Part shown: piece by piece, positions 1 through 9,147 of the stretch
Numbering within the stretch: the first letter of the stretch is position 1
Layout of the letters: every line of letters begins with the position of its first letter
Source of the DNA: an uncultured bacterium
GTDB lineage: Bacteria > Verrucomicrobiota > Kiritimatiellia > RFP12 > UBA1067
Direction: 5' to 3'
Length of the DNA stretch: 50,965 nt
Assembly: GCA_902803135.1 (NCBI GenBank)
Contig: CADCPA010000133.1
Span: 1 to 50,965, forward strand
Made by a program: the position numbers and the translations under genes
The notes under the pieces: generated by a model
What the model was told of the DNA's origin: nothing
The model's input: only the letters and a program-made list of their open reading frames with translations
Databases searched by the model: none

Positions 1-136
1 AATTTCCCCGGTGACGTAGGTGGTGGGACGAGCTCGCCCGCCCAAAGCCGCCACCGCGATCAACAATCCGCAATCGCACCCTGCCGGACATCGCGGCGAA
101 TATTTCCTTTGCTTGAAAAAGCGATTTATAGTAAAC

Positions 137-165
137 TGTTTCCATAAGTTTGTTTCCATAAGTTT
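137..165. repeat. Tandem direct repeat TGTTTCCATAAGTT(T) x2 upstream of the first gene
   Basis: TGTTTCCATAAGTTT at 137-151 and again at 151-165 (period 14). It lies just downstream of a TATAGT box (127-132) and 34 nt upstream of ATG199. Confidence 0.7.
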
Positions 166-198
166 GGCGGGCGTTTTGAACGGATAGGGAGAAACAAG

Positions 199-3100
199 AT
201 GGGAAAAACTTTGGTTGCCTGTGCGGCGCTGGCCATTTGCGGGTTGGCGTTTGCGGCGAAGGATTCCACGGCTTGGACGACGACGAAGTTGAATGACCAG
301 GCGGTGACGGACGAAGGCGGACAGATGGTCGTCCTCGGTACGGAAGGCTCGTACAACGACGCCGCGAACGCGACGCGCGCGGCTGTCTTCGACGGCGATA
401 CGGCGACCTTTTTCGACCCGTCGATCGATGCCGCGGCGATGCCCTGCTGGGCGGGTTTCGAACTGGCGGAGGCGCGCTGCGTGACGCGCATCCGCTACTT
501 CGGCCGTGCGGATTACAAGGAACGCATGAACGGCTGCCTGTTCCAGGGCGCAAACTCGGCGGACTTCTCCGACGCCGTCACGTTGCATGTGGCCAGTGCG
601 GCGGACGGATGGGACGGCACGCACTGGGCCGACGTCTTCGTGGCGGGCCGCGCGGCTCTGCAGCCGTTCAAGTATCTGCGCATCCTCGCGCCGAACCCCT
701 ATCCGCCGGACGGGCCCGGCACCTGGGCCGGCAATGCGGCGGAAGTCGAGTTCTACGGCGTGCCGGCCGCGAACTTCGACACGTTCACGAAGGATCCGCA
801 GTTCCCGGCGAGCTATCTGGTGTCGCAGTATCTCATCAACAACCACTACACCTTCGGCGTGGCCTGGTCCTCGCGTGTGCCGTTCTACGAGGTGCAGCGC
901 AAGCCGGCCGCATCGGACGACACGGCCTGGGTGGACTGCGGCGCGATTCCGTTTCTCTACGACGGCTATACGTCCACGTCGACGACGGGCTATTTCTTCC
1001 GCGATCCGACGCCGGTGTACGAACCGACGGACTACCGCGTGCGCGCGTACAGCCCGACGAAGGGCGCGTCTGACTGGTTCGACCTCGGCACGCAGGATCC
1101 CGGCTGCGTCGCCGAAGGCACGTGGATCGGCCCGACGGGGTCGTGGGGCGACGAGAATTCGACCGCGACCAACGGCGAGAAGGCCTACGACGGCAACATC
1201 GACACGTTCGTCGACTTGCCGAGTGCCACGAACAAGGGGGGGTGGACGGGCCTTGACCTGGGCCGGAGTCTCAAGATCATCGGCGCGAAGGCCGTCGCGC
1301 GCAACAGTGATTGGTATGCGCGCTTGAACGACTCGGTCGTGCAGGTGGCGTCGGATCCGAACTTTACAGACGCCGTCACGATGGGCACGTTCACGGGGGC
1401 GACGCGTACGGGTGTGGTGTCGCTGACGTTCGAGACGCCGGTCGAGGCGCGCTATGTGCGCGTGAAGGCGGCCGACGGCGTCGTGTTCAACCTGTCCGAG
1501 TTCGAAGTGGACCTGAGTCCCGAACCGCAGTATGCACCTGCGGTTTCGGTGGCGATGAGCGATCTTGAGAATGAATACGCCGTGCTGTCCTGGGCGGATC
1601 TCGATCTGGGGCGGTATCCGCGCGAAGCGATCGTCGTCTACCGGTCGAACAGCCGGCAGGGCCCGTGGACCGAATTTGCCGTGCTTGACAAGACGGCGAC
1701 CACGCTCACGGACGACACGCTCTTGGTTGGTCCGCTCTACTGTTACGCCGTGTGCTACCGCCTGACGATCGACGGACAGCTCTTAGAGGGGCCTCGCAAC
1801 ATGGTCGGCTACCATCGCGGCCACCGTCTCGACCGCGGCGCCGACGAGACGACGCTGCTCGCGGGCATTACGCCGGTCTGCAACGGTACGCCGTGGGGCG
1901 GCGGTTCGGTGGAGGAGATGAAGCTAAAGCCGTTCGACGGCGATCTCGGCAGCTTCCCCGATTCGAACGAGAACGACGCCTACATCGGTCTTGACTTCGG
2001 CAGCCCGGTCGGCGTGACGGCCGTGCGCGTCTATCCGCGTCAGGACCAGGTCGGACGTCTGAACGGCGCGATGACCTACGGCATGAACGACCTGGCCGAA
2101 TGGCGCACGGGCGAGACGCCTGCCACACCCCTGACGGAGGCCGTCGCCGTGACGGAGGTCGCCTGGTCGACGGCGATGGGCACGAGCGACGGCGAATTCC
2201 GCTATGTCGTGCTCGGCAGGGAGTCCGGCGCCTGGAACTGCAACGTCAACGAAATTCAGGTCTATGGCTGGACGCCGGACGAAGCCCAGCAGATTCTGCA
2301 GGCGCCGGCGAACCTCGTGCTCGCCCAGCCCGAGTCCGGACTGACGCTGACGTGGTCCCCCGTGACGCAGGCGGCCTCCTACACGGTGCGTCGCAAGGTG
2401 AACGACGGCGACTGGGCCGATGTCGCGACCGGCGTGGCGTCTCCGTCCTACGTCGATGCGGACGCGATCTACAACGGCAACCGCTACACGTACCAGGTCG
2501 CCGCCGTGGGCGCCGACGGCACGTCGTGCCTGTCGAAAGAAGTCTCGGCGATTCCGTATCATCCGGGCTATGGCACGGGCCTCTACGGCGTCTACCTGAA
2601 GAACTACAAGCCGGGCTATGACCCGACGGAGACGGTCGCCTTCGAGCGTGTCGATCCGACGATCGACTTCAACTGGGGCGAGAACGCGCCGGACGCGCGT
2701 CTGGATGCCGACAACTTCGGCGCTGTCTGGACGGGCCAGCTCATTGTGCCGTTCACGGGCGACTATGTTCTGACGGCCGACCATGACAATGGCTTCCGCC
2801 TGCAGATCGACGGCAAGGATGTGATCAACAACTGGTCGAACTGGGGCAATGCCTATACGACCACGGTGGTCTGTCCGCTGGATGGCGGCGAACATGACAT
2901 CCGCATCGACTACTGCGAGGTGGGCGGGGCTGCGCGCTGCCGTCTGTCGTGGGGGGGTGCCGTCACGCCGGAGGTGATTCCTGCGACGCAGTTCGTGCCG
3001 GCGAAGGTGGCGGACACGGTGCCCGCGCCCTGGAAGGGGATGCGCGCCATTAACGGAACCGTGCTCGGCGGCGCGACGTTTGCCGGCGACGGCAGCGTGC

Positions 3101-3651
3101 TGCTCTCCTCGGGCGGTCATGACATCTGGGGCGATCAGGAAGGTTTCTGCTACCTCTGGCAGACGGTAAAGGGCGACTTCGAGGCGACGGTGAAGGTGGA
3201 CCTCGCGAATGTGCCGTCGACCATCGTCAACCAGCGCGGCATGCTGATGCTGCGCTCCGCGCTTGCGGCGGGCGAGCCGATGTTCCTCGTGCAGGTCGAA
3301 GGCGGCAAGTCGACGCCGCGCCTCAACTGCAAGGCGCGGGCGGGCACGCAGGCGGACGGCGTGAACGTCGCCGATGTGCTGGCCTGGACGGAAACGGGGG
3401 CCGCGAACGTGTGCTGGTTCAAGCTTCGCCGCACGCGCGGCACAATCGCGGTCTCCACGCGCACCGACCCGACGGCCGAGTGGGCGCCGCTCTACACCTA
3501 CGAGATCCCCGACGGCCTCTTCGGCGACAAGGTGCTGATCGGTCCGGCGCAGGGTGCGGGCTCGCAGACGCCCGGCAATCTCTCCTATGGCCGGTTCTCG
3601 GAATTCAAGCTGACGCCGTTGAATGCGGGAACGGCCGTTTTGTTTCGTTAA
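199..3651 (+). CDS. Secreted multidomain carbohydrate-binding protein (three F5/8 type C/discoidin-like modules, FN3, PA14, C-terminal ConA/LamG-like jelly roll)
   Basis: 1150-aa ORF with G/C-ending codons; GGGAGA upstream of ATG199. Signal peptide MGKTLVACAALAICGLAFAA. Discoidin-like segments (AVFDGDTATFFDP.., EKAYDGNIDTFVD...NLSEFEV, KPFDGDLGSFPD...VNEIQVYG). FN3-like LTLTWSPV..YTVRRK. PA14 signature GLYGVYLKNY..DFNWG..FGAVWTGQLIVPFTGDYVLTADHDNGFRLQIDG. C-terminal GGHDIWGDQEGFCYLWQTVKGDFEATVKV jelly-roll-type motif. Confidence 0.85.
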   Translation: MGKTLVACAALAICGLAFAAKDSTAWTTTKLNDQAVTDEGGQMVVLGTEGSYNDAANATRAAVFDGDTATFFDPSIDAAAMPCWAGFELAEARCVTRIRYFGRADYKERMNGCLFQGANSADFSDAVTLHVASAADGWDGTHWADVFVAGRAALQPFKYLRILAPNPYPPDGPGTWAGNAAEVEFYGVPAANFDTFTKDPQFPASYLVSQYLINNHYTFGVAWSSRVPFYEVQRKPAASDDTAWVDCGAIPFLYDGYTSTSTTGYFFRDPTPVYEPTDYRVRAYSPTKGASDWFDLGTQDPGCVAEGTWIGPTGSWGDENSTATNGEKAYDGNIDTFVDLPSATNKGGWTGLDLGRSLKIIGAKAVARNSDWYARLNDSVVQVASDPNFTDAVTMGTFTGATRTGVVSLTFETPVEARYVRVKAADGVVFNLSEFEVDLSPEPQYAPAVSVAMSDLENEYAVLSWADLDLGRYPREAIVVYRSNSRQGPWTEFAVLDKTATTLTDDTLLVGPLYCYAVCYRLTIDGQLLEGPRNMVGYHRGHRLDRGADETTLLAGITPVCNGTPWGGGSVEEMKLKPFDGDLGSFPDSNENDAYIGLDFGSPVGVTAVRVYPRQDQVGRLNGAMTYGMNDLAEWRTGETPATPLTEAVAVTEVAWSTAMGTSDGEFRYVVLGRESGAWNCNVNEIQVYGWTPDEAQQILQAPANLVLAQPESGLTLTWSPVTQAASYTVRRKVNDGDWADVATGVASPSYVDADAIYNGNRYTYQVAAVGADGTSCLSKEVSAIPYHPGYGTGLYGVYLKNYKPGYDPTETVAFERVDPTIDFNWGENAPDARLDADNFGAVWTGQLIVPFTGDYVLTADHDNGFRLQIDGKDVINNWSNWGNAYTTTVVCPLDGGEHDIRIDYCEVGGAARCRLSWGGAVTPEVIPATQFVPAKVADTVPAPWKGMRAINGTVLGGATFAGDGSVLLSSGGHDIWGDQEGFCYLWQTVKGDFEATVKVDLANVPSTIVNQRGMLMLRSALAAGEPMFLVQVEGGKSTPRLNCKARAGTQADGVNVADVLAWTETGAANVCWFKLRRTRGTIAVSTRTDPTAEWAPLYTYEIPDGLFGDKVLIGPAQGAGSQTPGNLSYGRFSEFKLTPLNAGTAVLFR

Positions 3652-3669
3652 TGGAAAGGAAGGTTCGCG

Positions 3670-6600
3670 ATGGGTTGGTGGACACGTGTGGCGGGAGTGC
3701 TGGTGTGCGCCGGCCTGGTGGGAACGGCGGGGGGCGCGCCGTCGACGGCGCGTCCCTATGAATTCGTCTGGGCGAACCGCACGGCGGACGACCAGCCGCC
3801 GCTCGAACGGATGGAGTCCGCGGAAGGCTGGCGCGTCGAGACGGACCACGCCGTCGCCTCGGTGCTGTCCGCCACCGACCGCGCGCTTTTCGGCGACGGC
3901 GTCGTGCGGCTCGTCTACCGTGCGGACGGCGTCCGTCCCCGCGTGCGCCTGCGTCTGGCAACGCCGCGGAAGATTGCGTTCGCCTTCGATACGATCGCGT
4001 GCTGGGTCTACGGCAACAACGTCTACTATGTGAAGAACGACACGCCGTCGACGGACGTCTACGCCGACTTCCTCGACGCGGACGGCAAGGCGTTTCAGGT
4101 GAAACTCCTCCACGTCCACCATCTCGAGTGGTTTCTGGCGCGACGCCGGCTGAACGACGGGGAACGTGCCCGCGTCGCACGGGGCGCGACCTTCCTCGGG
4201 TTCACCGTCACGGGCGGCACGAACACGACGGACCGCTCGCTTGACTTCACGAGCTTCAGCGCCTTCACGGAGGAACTGAAGCCGCTCGCCTTCGCGCCGC
4301 GCGCGAAGCGTCCCAACCGCGTGTTCCCCGACGCGCCCGCCGGCAACAATGTCGGCGCCGGCGAACTGCCGTTCCCGAATACGCCCCTGGGCGTCGTGCC
4401 GCCGACGAAACCGACGGCCGACCTTGCATTCCGCCTGCCGCTGCAGGCGAGCGCCTGGGACGAGATGGCCTTCCGCTGGAAGGGCGGCGCCTGGCAGCGC
4501 GTCGCCAACGGCGGCGGCGTGTGGTGGGCGCAGGGGAAGGAGGCGCCGCATCGCGCGGAGGTTGTCTCCACGACGGTTGTCACGAATCGCGCGACGCCGC
4601 TCGACGTGACGTTGACGGACCGGCTGGCGGCGGGCGGCGCAGTGACGACACGCGTCCATCAAGAAGGGCGGTCGCTCGTTCTCGACGTGGCGACGGACCG
4701 TCTTGACGTCGAGACGGTGCGTTTCGGATCCTGGCGCGAACCGCCGCATCCCCAGCGCATTCCCGTGCCCTACTACACCTATGGCGTCGGCGGCGAGGAT
4801 CGCCGTCCAGGCGTCGTCGTGACCGAGTTGGGCGGACAACCGTTCTTCCACATGGCGCATGTGGACTGGACGCAGTCCAACGCGACCCGTCCGTACGCCG
4901 AAGGCCTGAAGTACGACGGCACGCTCGCCTCGAACGGCGGCACGCGCTACGAGGCGAAGACGGACGGCGTGAAGAACGTCTGCCGCGAACGCTTCGTCTA
5001 CACGTTCTCGGACGCCTTCGCGGATGTGCTGCCGAACGTGCCGAATCCGCAGAGTCCGTGGAAGGCGGTGACGGGCACGGGCGTGTGGCGCGCCCACGGC
5101 GCCTCCGCGAACCGCCAGCACGACATCGACTACTGGCGCGGCGTCCGCGCGCGCGGGCTCAAGCACATCATCGTCACGGACCACGAAGTCGGCTGGCGCG
5201 ACGGCAATGAGAGCTTCACGTTCCGCACCGAGCCCGCGCCGAAGAAGGGCGGCGACAAGGGCCAGTTCGACTACGCGCGCGTGATGATCGACGAGCTGGG
5301 CTTCTCGTACGGACCCTACAACAATTTCACCGACTTCGCGCCGGTGAACGGCCACTGGCATCCCGACCGCGTGACGCGTACGCGCGACGGCCAGCTGCTC
5401 GAGGCCTGGAACCGCTGCTACGCGCCGAAGCCCGCCTACGCCGTCGAGGCCTGCGAACGCCTGACGCCGATCATTCAGAACAAGTTCCATTTCAACACGG
5501 CGTATTGCGATGTGCATACCGCCGTCACGCCGTGGGATCGGTGCGACTTCGATGCGCGCGTACCGGGCGCCGGCACGTTTGCGGCGACTTTCTACGCATT
5601 CGGCGAAATCATGTTGATCCAGAAGCGGAACTGGAAGGGCCCGGTCTACTCGGAAGGCAACAACCACTTCCTCTACTGCGGCCTGACGGACGGCAACTAC
5701 GCCCAGGACCAGAACTACCGCCCCGCCGACAATCCGTGGCTCGTCGACTTCGACCTGCTGCGCCTCCATCCGCTCTGCTGCAACTTCGGCATGGGCAACG
5801 ACGGCATGTTCTATCCAGGGTCGTCCGCGCCGAAGGACCGCGACGAACGCATGGACCGCTTCCTCGCCGCGACGGTCGCGTTCGGCCATCCCGGATTTCT
5901 GCTCGGCGGCCGCAAGTATGAGGACCGGAGCTACTTCATGGTACAGGCGCTCGCCGCGCGCTACACGCAGGCGAATGCGAGGGCGATCCGCTATGTGGAT
6001 GTGGACGGACAGGCCTACGACACGTCGCATGCCGTGGCGTCGGGCGTCTTCCGCCGCTCGCAGGTGGCGGTGACGTATTCGGACGGCACGTTCGTCGCGG
6101 CGAACGGCTCGAAGACGCAACCGATGCGGGTGCCGGGCCGGACGGACCTCTGGCTGCCCCCGAACGGCTACTTCGGCCGGAGCGGCGACGGAAAAGTGTT
6201 CGTCTACAGCGGCCTCTGGGACGGCCGCCGTGTGGACTACGCCGTCTCGCCGGAATACGTCTATCTGGACGGACGCGGCGTCGAGACGTCCTTGCCCGGC
6301 GGCCGGACGAAGGACGCGGTGATCCGCCTCGCGGAGAAGGGCACGGCGGATTGGCCGAAACCGACGGTTGCCGACTTTGCGGCGCATTCGACCCCGACGG
6401 CGGAACTGCGTGCGGCGATGCGTCCGAAACCGACGACGGAATTTCCGCTTCCGTTCCTGCGCCAGACGGGCATGACGTTGCGCGGCCAGGCGCCGGGCGA
6501 GCTCGATTCGTCGACGGGCGCGCATGTGACCGAAGGACGGGCGACCTGCGGCGGCGTGGCGCGGGAAGGCTTTCGCATGCATCCGCCGTGGCAGGACGCG

Positions 6601-6921
6601 CGCCGCGGCGACGTGCACGTCCGCTACCGGTGCGACCTGCCGTCGCGTCCGCTCGCGTTCACGGCGTTCGTCGGCAAGGAGGACGGCAGCGACGCGGGCG
6701 ACGGCATTCTCTATAGCGTCGTACTGGAAGACGCGGCGGGCCAACGCCACGAGCTCGCCCGCACGACGGTGACGCAGCATGTGTGGACGCCGATTGCGGC
6801 GGACCTCGCCCCCTGGCGCGGACAGAAGGTGAGCCTGATGATCTGTTCGGATCCCGGCGAAAAGAACGACACGAGCGGCGACTGGAGCTGCTGGGGCGAT
6901 CTGCGCCTGACCTTCAAATGA
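3670..6921 (+). CDS. Secreted hypothetical protein, possible glycoside hydrolase (family not recognised)
   Basis: 1083-aa ORF starting 18 nt after the previous stop, with GGAAAGGAAGG RBS. Signal peptide MGWWTRVAGVLVCAGLVGTAGGA. GC3-rich codons throughout. No motif I can assign; function guessed only from CAZyme-like context. Confidence 0.6.
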   Translation: MGWWTRVAGVLVCAGLVGTAGGAPSTARPYEFVWANRTADDQPPLERMESAEGWRVETDHAVASVLSATDRALFGDGVVRLVYRADGVRPRVRLRLATPRKIAFAFDTIACWVYGNNVYYVKNDTPSTDVYADFLDADGKAFQVKLLHVHHLEWFLARRRLNDGERARVARGATFLGFTVTGGTNTTDRSLDFTSFSAFTEELKPLAFAPRAKRPNRVFPDAPAGNNVGAGELPFPNTPLGVVPPTKPTADLAFRLPLQASAWDEMAFRWKGGAWQRVANGGGVWWAQGKEAPHRAEVVSTTVVTNRATPLDVTLTDRLAAGGAVTTRVHQEGRSLVLDVATDRLDVETVRFGSWREPPHPQRIPVPYYTYGVGGEDRRPGVVVTELGGQPFFHMAHVDWTQSNATRPYAEGLKYDGTLASNGGTRYEAKTDGVKNVCRERFVYTFSDAFADVLPNVPNPQSPWKAVTGTGVWRAHGASANRQHDIDYWRGVRARGLKHIIVTDHEVGWRDGNESFTFRTEPAPKKGGDKGQFDYARVMIDELGFSYGPYNNFTDFAPVNGHWHPDRVTRTRDGQLLEAWNRCYAPKPAYAVEACERLTPIIQNKFHFNTAYCDVHTAVTPWDRCDFDARVPGAGTFAATFYAFGEIMLIQKRNWKGPVYSEGNNHFLYCGLTDGNYAQDQNYRPADNPWLVDFDLLRLHPLCCNFGMGNDGMFYPGSSAPKDRDERMDRFLAATVAFGHPGFLLGGRKYEDRSYFMVQALAARYTQANARAIRYVDVDGQAYDTSHAVASGVFRRSQVAVTYSDGTFVAANGSKTQPMRVPGRTDLWLPPNGYFGRSGDGKVFVYSGLWDGRRVDYAVSPEYVYLDGRGVETSLPGGRTKDAVIRLAEKGTADWPKPTVADFAAHSTPTAELRAAMRPKPTTEFPLPFLRQTGMTLRGQAPGELDSSTGAHVTEGRATCGGVAREGFRMHPPWQDARRGDVHVRYRCDLPSRPLAFTAFVGKEDGSDAGDGILYSVVLEDAAGQRHELARTTVTQHVWTPIAADLAPWRGQKVSLMICSDPGEKNDTSGDWSCWGDLRLTFK

Positions 6922-6933
6922 GCGAGCACAATC

Positions 6934-7224
6934 ATGACACGCACGCAAATCCAATTGCCCGACGAGTTGTACCGGCGGGCGAAAGCACTGGCGGCCGACC
7001 GCGAGATTTCGCTGGCCGAACTCGTGCGAAACGGACTCGAGCATATGCTGACCGCGCTCACGCCGCCGACGGATGCGCGCGAGGACGGCTCGCTGCCGAT
7101 TCTCGAGACGCTTCCCGAAACGCCCGATTTCGCCTATCCCCAGTGGAAACCTGACGGCGGTTGGTCGGCGGCTGCGGACGGGGTCGCGGCGAAGCGTGCG
7201 AAGAAGAAGGGGGCGCGCGCATGA
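6934..7224 (+). CDS. Ribbon-helix-helix (CopG/Arc-like) antitoxin
   Basis: 96-aa ORF. N-terminal RHH pattern [36 protein letters not shown]. Its stop overlaps the next start in ATGA (7221-7224), as is typical of type II TA operons. Confidence 0.75.
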   Translation: MTRTQIQLPDELYRRAKALAADREISLAELVRNGLEHMLTALTPPTDAREDGSLPILETLPETPDFAYPQWKPDGGWSAAADGVAAKRAKKKGARA

Positions 7225-7640
7225 TTTCGCTCGACGCCGGCATTCTCTATGCGGCCGTGAATGCGCGGTCGCCGCATTTCCCAGCGGCACGTGAATTGGT
7301 TGAGAAGTTGTCCGCCTCGCGCGACGTCGTGGTGTCGGAACAGGTCTTGATCCAGTTGTACGGCGCCTTGGCGCACGCGGATCCCGCGGGGGCGGAGAAG
7401 GTCGTCCGCGCACTGCGGCGCAATCCCAATTGGCGCATCGTCGACGTGCAGTCCACGCGCGTGCAGATGAACGCCGTGTGGGAGGCGGTCTTCGCGCAGG
7501 GCGAGGATCTCGCGACGATCTACCGCCGCCGTCTGATCGCGACCCTCCGCCAGAACGGCGTGACGGTTTTCTATACCGAAGAGGCGGCGGCGTTTGCCGA
7601 ACTCGGCTTCGAGGCGGCCGTCAATCCCTATGCCGAATGA
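7221..7640 (+). CDS. PIN-domain (VapC-like) toxin, divergent active site
   Basis: Track ORF 7161-7640 trimmed to ATG7221 (ATGA overlap with the antitoxin). N-terminus [13 protein letters not shown] and VVSEQV fit PIN acidic residues 1 and 2. The usual third Asp position seems to be Arg (YRRRLIATL) and the fourth region reads YTEEAAAF. This is an alignment by eye only. Confidence 0.55.
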   Translation: MISLDAGILYAAVNARSPHFPAARELVEKLSASRDVVVSEQVLIQLYGALAHADPAGAEKVVRALRRNPNWRIVDVQSTRVQMNAVWEAVFAQGEDLATIYRRRLIATLRQNGVTVFYTEEAAAFAELGFEAAVNPYAE

Positions 7641-8376
7641 CTTCAAAGAACGCACGGGCGAACTGAAGCCCCGGGAGCAGATGGAGCGCGCGGCCTCGCC
7701 GCGCGAGCTGCCGCCCGAGGTCTTGCTGGCGATTCTCCTGAAGACAGGCGCGGCGGGATGCGACGTGCTGGAACTTGCACGGCGCCTGCTGGCTGCGTTT
7801 GGCGGCTTGAAGGAGCTGCTCGCGAGCGATTGGCGGCGGCTGGAGGCGCGCATCGCGAAGTACAACGCGGCGAATCCCGCGCGTCCGATTCGCGGTCTCG
7901 GGCACGTGAAGTGTCTCGAACTCGCGGCGGCGTTCGAGCTGGGCGCCCGGTCGCTGCGTCTGTCGCCGGAGGAGTTGCGCCAGCGGACGGTTCGGCGGGC
8001 GGCGGACGCGTATGAGATCTTTCGCATGGCCGTGCCGGCGGACGAGACGCAGGAGAACTTTCTCGTGCTGCCGCTCGATACGCGCTACCATCCGCTCAGC
8101 GAGCCCATTCGTATGATGCGCGGCACGCGCGACGCGCTGTCCGTGCACGTGCGCGAAGTCTTCCGCGAGGCGATCCGCTGGAATGCGCGCGGCGTCATGG
8201 TCGCGCACAACCATCCCTCGGGCGACGCGTCGCCGAGCGAAGCGGATCGTGCGCTCACGCGGCGTCTCTGCGAAGTCGCAGAGGTCGTGGGCATTGATTT
8301 GATGGACCATCTGGTTCTCGGCGATCCGCTCGGCGCGCGGCCGTACGTGTCGCTGCGGGCGCTGTTGAAATGGTAG
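7630..8376 (+). CDS. radC: RadC-family JAB/MPN domain protein
   Basis: Start taken at ATG7630 ([10 protein letters not shown]), overlapping the PIN gene stop. N-terminal HhH-like LLAILLKTGAAGCDVLELARRLLAAFGGLKELL. C-terminal JAMM motif HNHPSGDASPSEADRALTRRL. Confidence 0.85.
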   Translation: MPNDFKERTGELKPREQMERAASPRELPPEVLLAILLKTGAAGCDVLELARRLLAAFGGLKELLASDWRRLEARIAKYNAANPARPIRGLGHVKCLELAAAFELGARSLRLSPEELRQRTVRRAADAYEIFRMAVPADETQENFLVLPLDTRYHPLSEPIRMMRGTRDALSVHVREVFREAIRWNARGVMVAHNHPSGDASPSEADRALTRRLCEVAEVVGIDLMDHLVLGDPLGARPYVSLRALLKW

Positions 8377-8398
8377 CGTTTGAAGGAAGAAGGAAACG

Positions 8399-9016
8399 AT
8401 GAGCCCGGCCGGACAGAAGAAGATTCTCTATTTGCATGGATTCGCCTCCTCGGGGTCGAGTGGAACCGTCGAGTTGCTGCGCAGTGAATATTGGCGCAAG
8501 CGCAAGACGGACAAGGTTGTCGTCGTCGCGCCCGACATTCCCGTCGATCCCGCCGAGGCGTTGCCGATGCTCAAGACGCTGGCGGCGCGGGAGCAGCCGA
8601 CGCTGATCGTCGGTACCTCCATGGGCGCGATGTATGCCCAGCAGCTGCGCGGCTTTGAACGGATCTGCGTGAATCCGTTCTTCGAGATGTCCAAGCTCTA
8701 TTCCATCGTGTCCGTCGGTCGGCACAAGTGGCTGAGCGTACGCCGGAACGGCGAGACGGCGTTCCAGATCACGAAGGACATCATCGCCCATTTCCAGGAG
8801 ATGGAGGCGCATCAGTTCGACGGCATCGATGAAGTGGAGCGGATCTTCTGCCACGGCCTCTTCGGCGATGCGGATGAAATCTCCGCGCTGGCGCGTCCGG
8901 TCTTCGACCGCTACTACCCCGGCATGGCGCAGACCTTCGAGGGCGGCCATCGCCTGAACGACGACATTGCCCACAAGGTCCTCTTCCCGCTCATCGACTC
9001 GCTCGGCAGCGTCTAA
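8399..9016 (+). CDS. YqiA-like alpha/beta-hydrolase esterase (UPF0227 family)
   Basis: 205-aa ORF with GAAGGAAGAAGGAAA RBS. KILYLHGFASSGSS N-terminus, nucleophile elbow GTSMG, C-terminal EGGHRL. The layout matches E. coli YqiA-type esterases. Confidence 0.7.
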   Translation: MSPAGQKKILYLHGFASSGSSGTVELLRSEYWRKRKTDKVVVVAPDIPVDPAEALPMLKTLAAREQPTLIVGTSMGAMYAQQLRGFERICVNPFFEMSKLYSIVSVGRHKWLSVRRNGETAFQITKDIIAHFQEMEAHQFDGIDEVERIFCHGLFGDADEISALARPVFDRYYPGMAQTFEGGHRLNDDIAHKVLFPLIDSLGSV

Positions 9017-9080
9017 TGGAGACGGTTCGGCCCCATGAGACGGACGGCGCATGAAAAGAAAAGCGCATGAAGCATATTTT

Positions 9081-9089
9081 TGGTATAAT
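9081..9089 (+). promoter_or_regulatory. Extended -10 element TGGTATAAT upstream of the 9148 hydrolase gene
   Basis: Exact TGGTATAAT preceded by TTTT, 59 nt upstream of ATG9148 in an intergenic gap. No good -35. Confidence 0.45.
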
Positions 9090-9147
9090 CAACTCACGTC
9101 GAGCGGGCTGTGCGGAATGCGGAAGGCGATGGAACAAGGAGGTGGGC

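Noticed and set aside
1-198. Possible gene fragments at the left edge (+ frame 1 open to the TAA at 145-147; minus-strand ATG at 91-89 reading out of the window, MSGRVRLRIVDRGGG...)
   Set aside because: Both are under 50 codons, show mixed third-position composition and have no motif. I cannot distinguish them from non-coding leader sequence.
1924-7413. 1,829-aa ORF on the minus strand spanning two large + strand genes and the first TA pair
   Set aside because: It is a shadow ORF. The + strand genes starting at 199, 3670 and 6934 are all in the same phase (position mod 3 = 1), and the antisense codons are exactly codon-aligned with them. Antisense stops can then arise only from sense TTA/CTA/TCA codons, which are rare at this GC content. 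The product is Arg/Pro/Ala-rich low-complexity sequence with no signal or motif.
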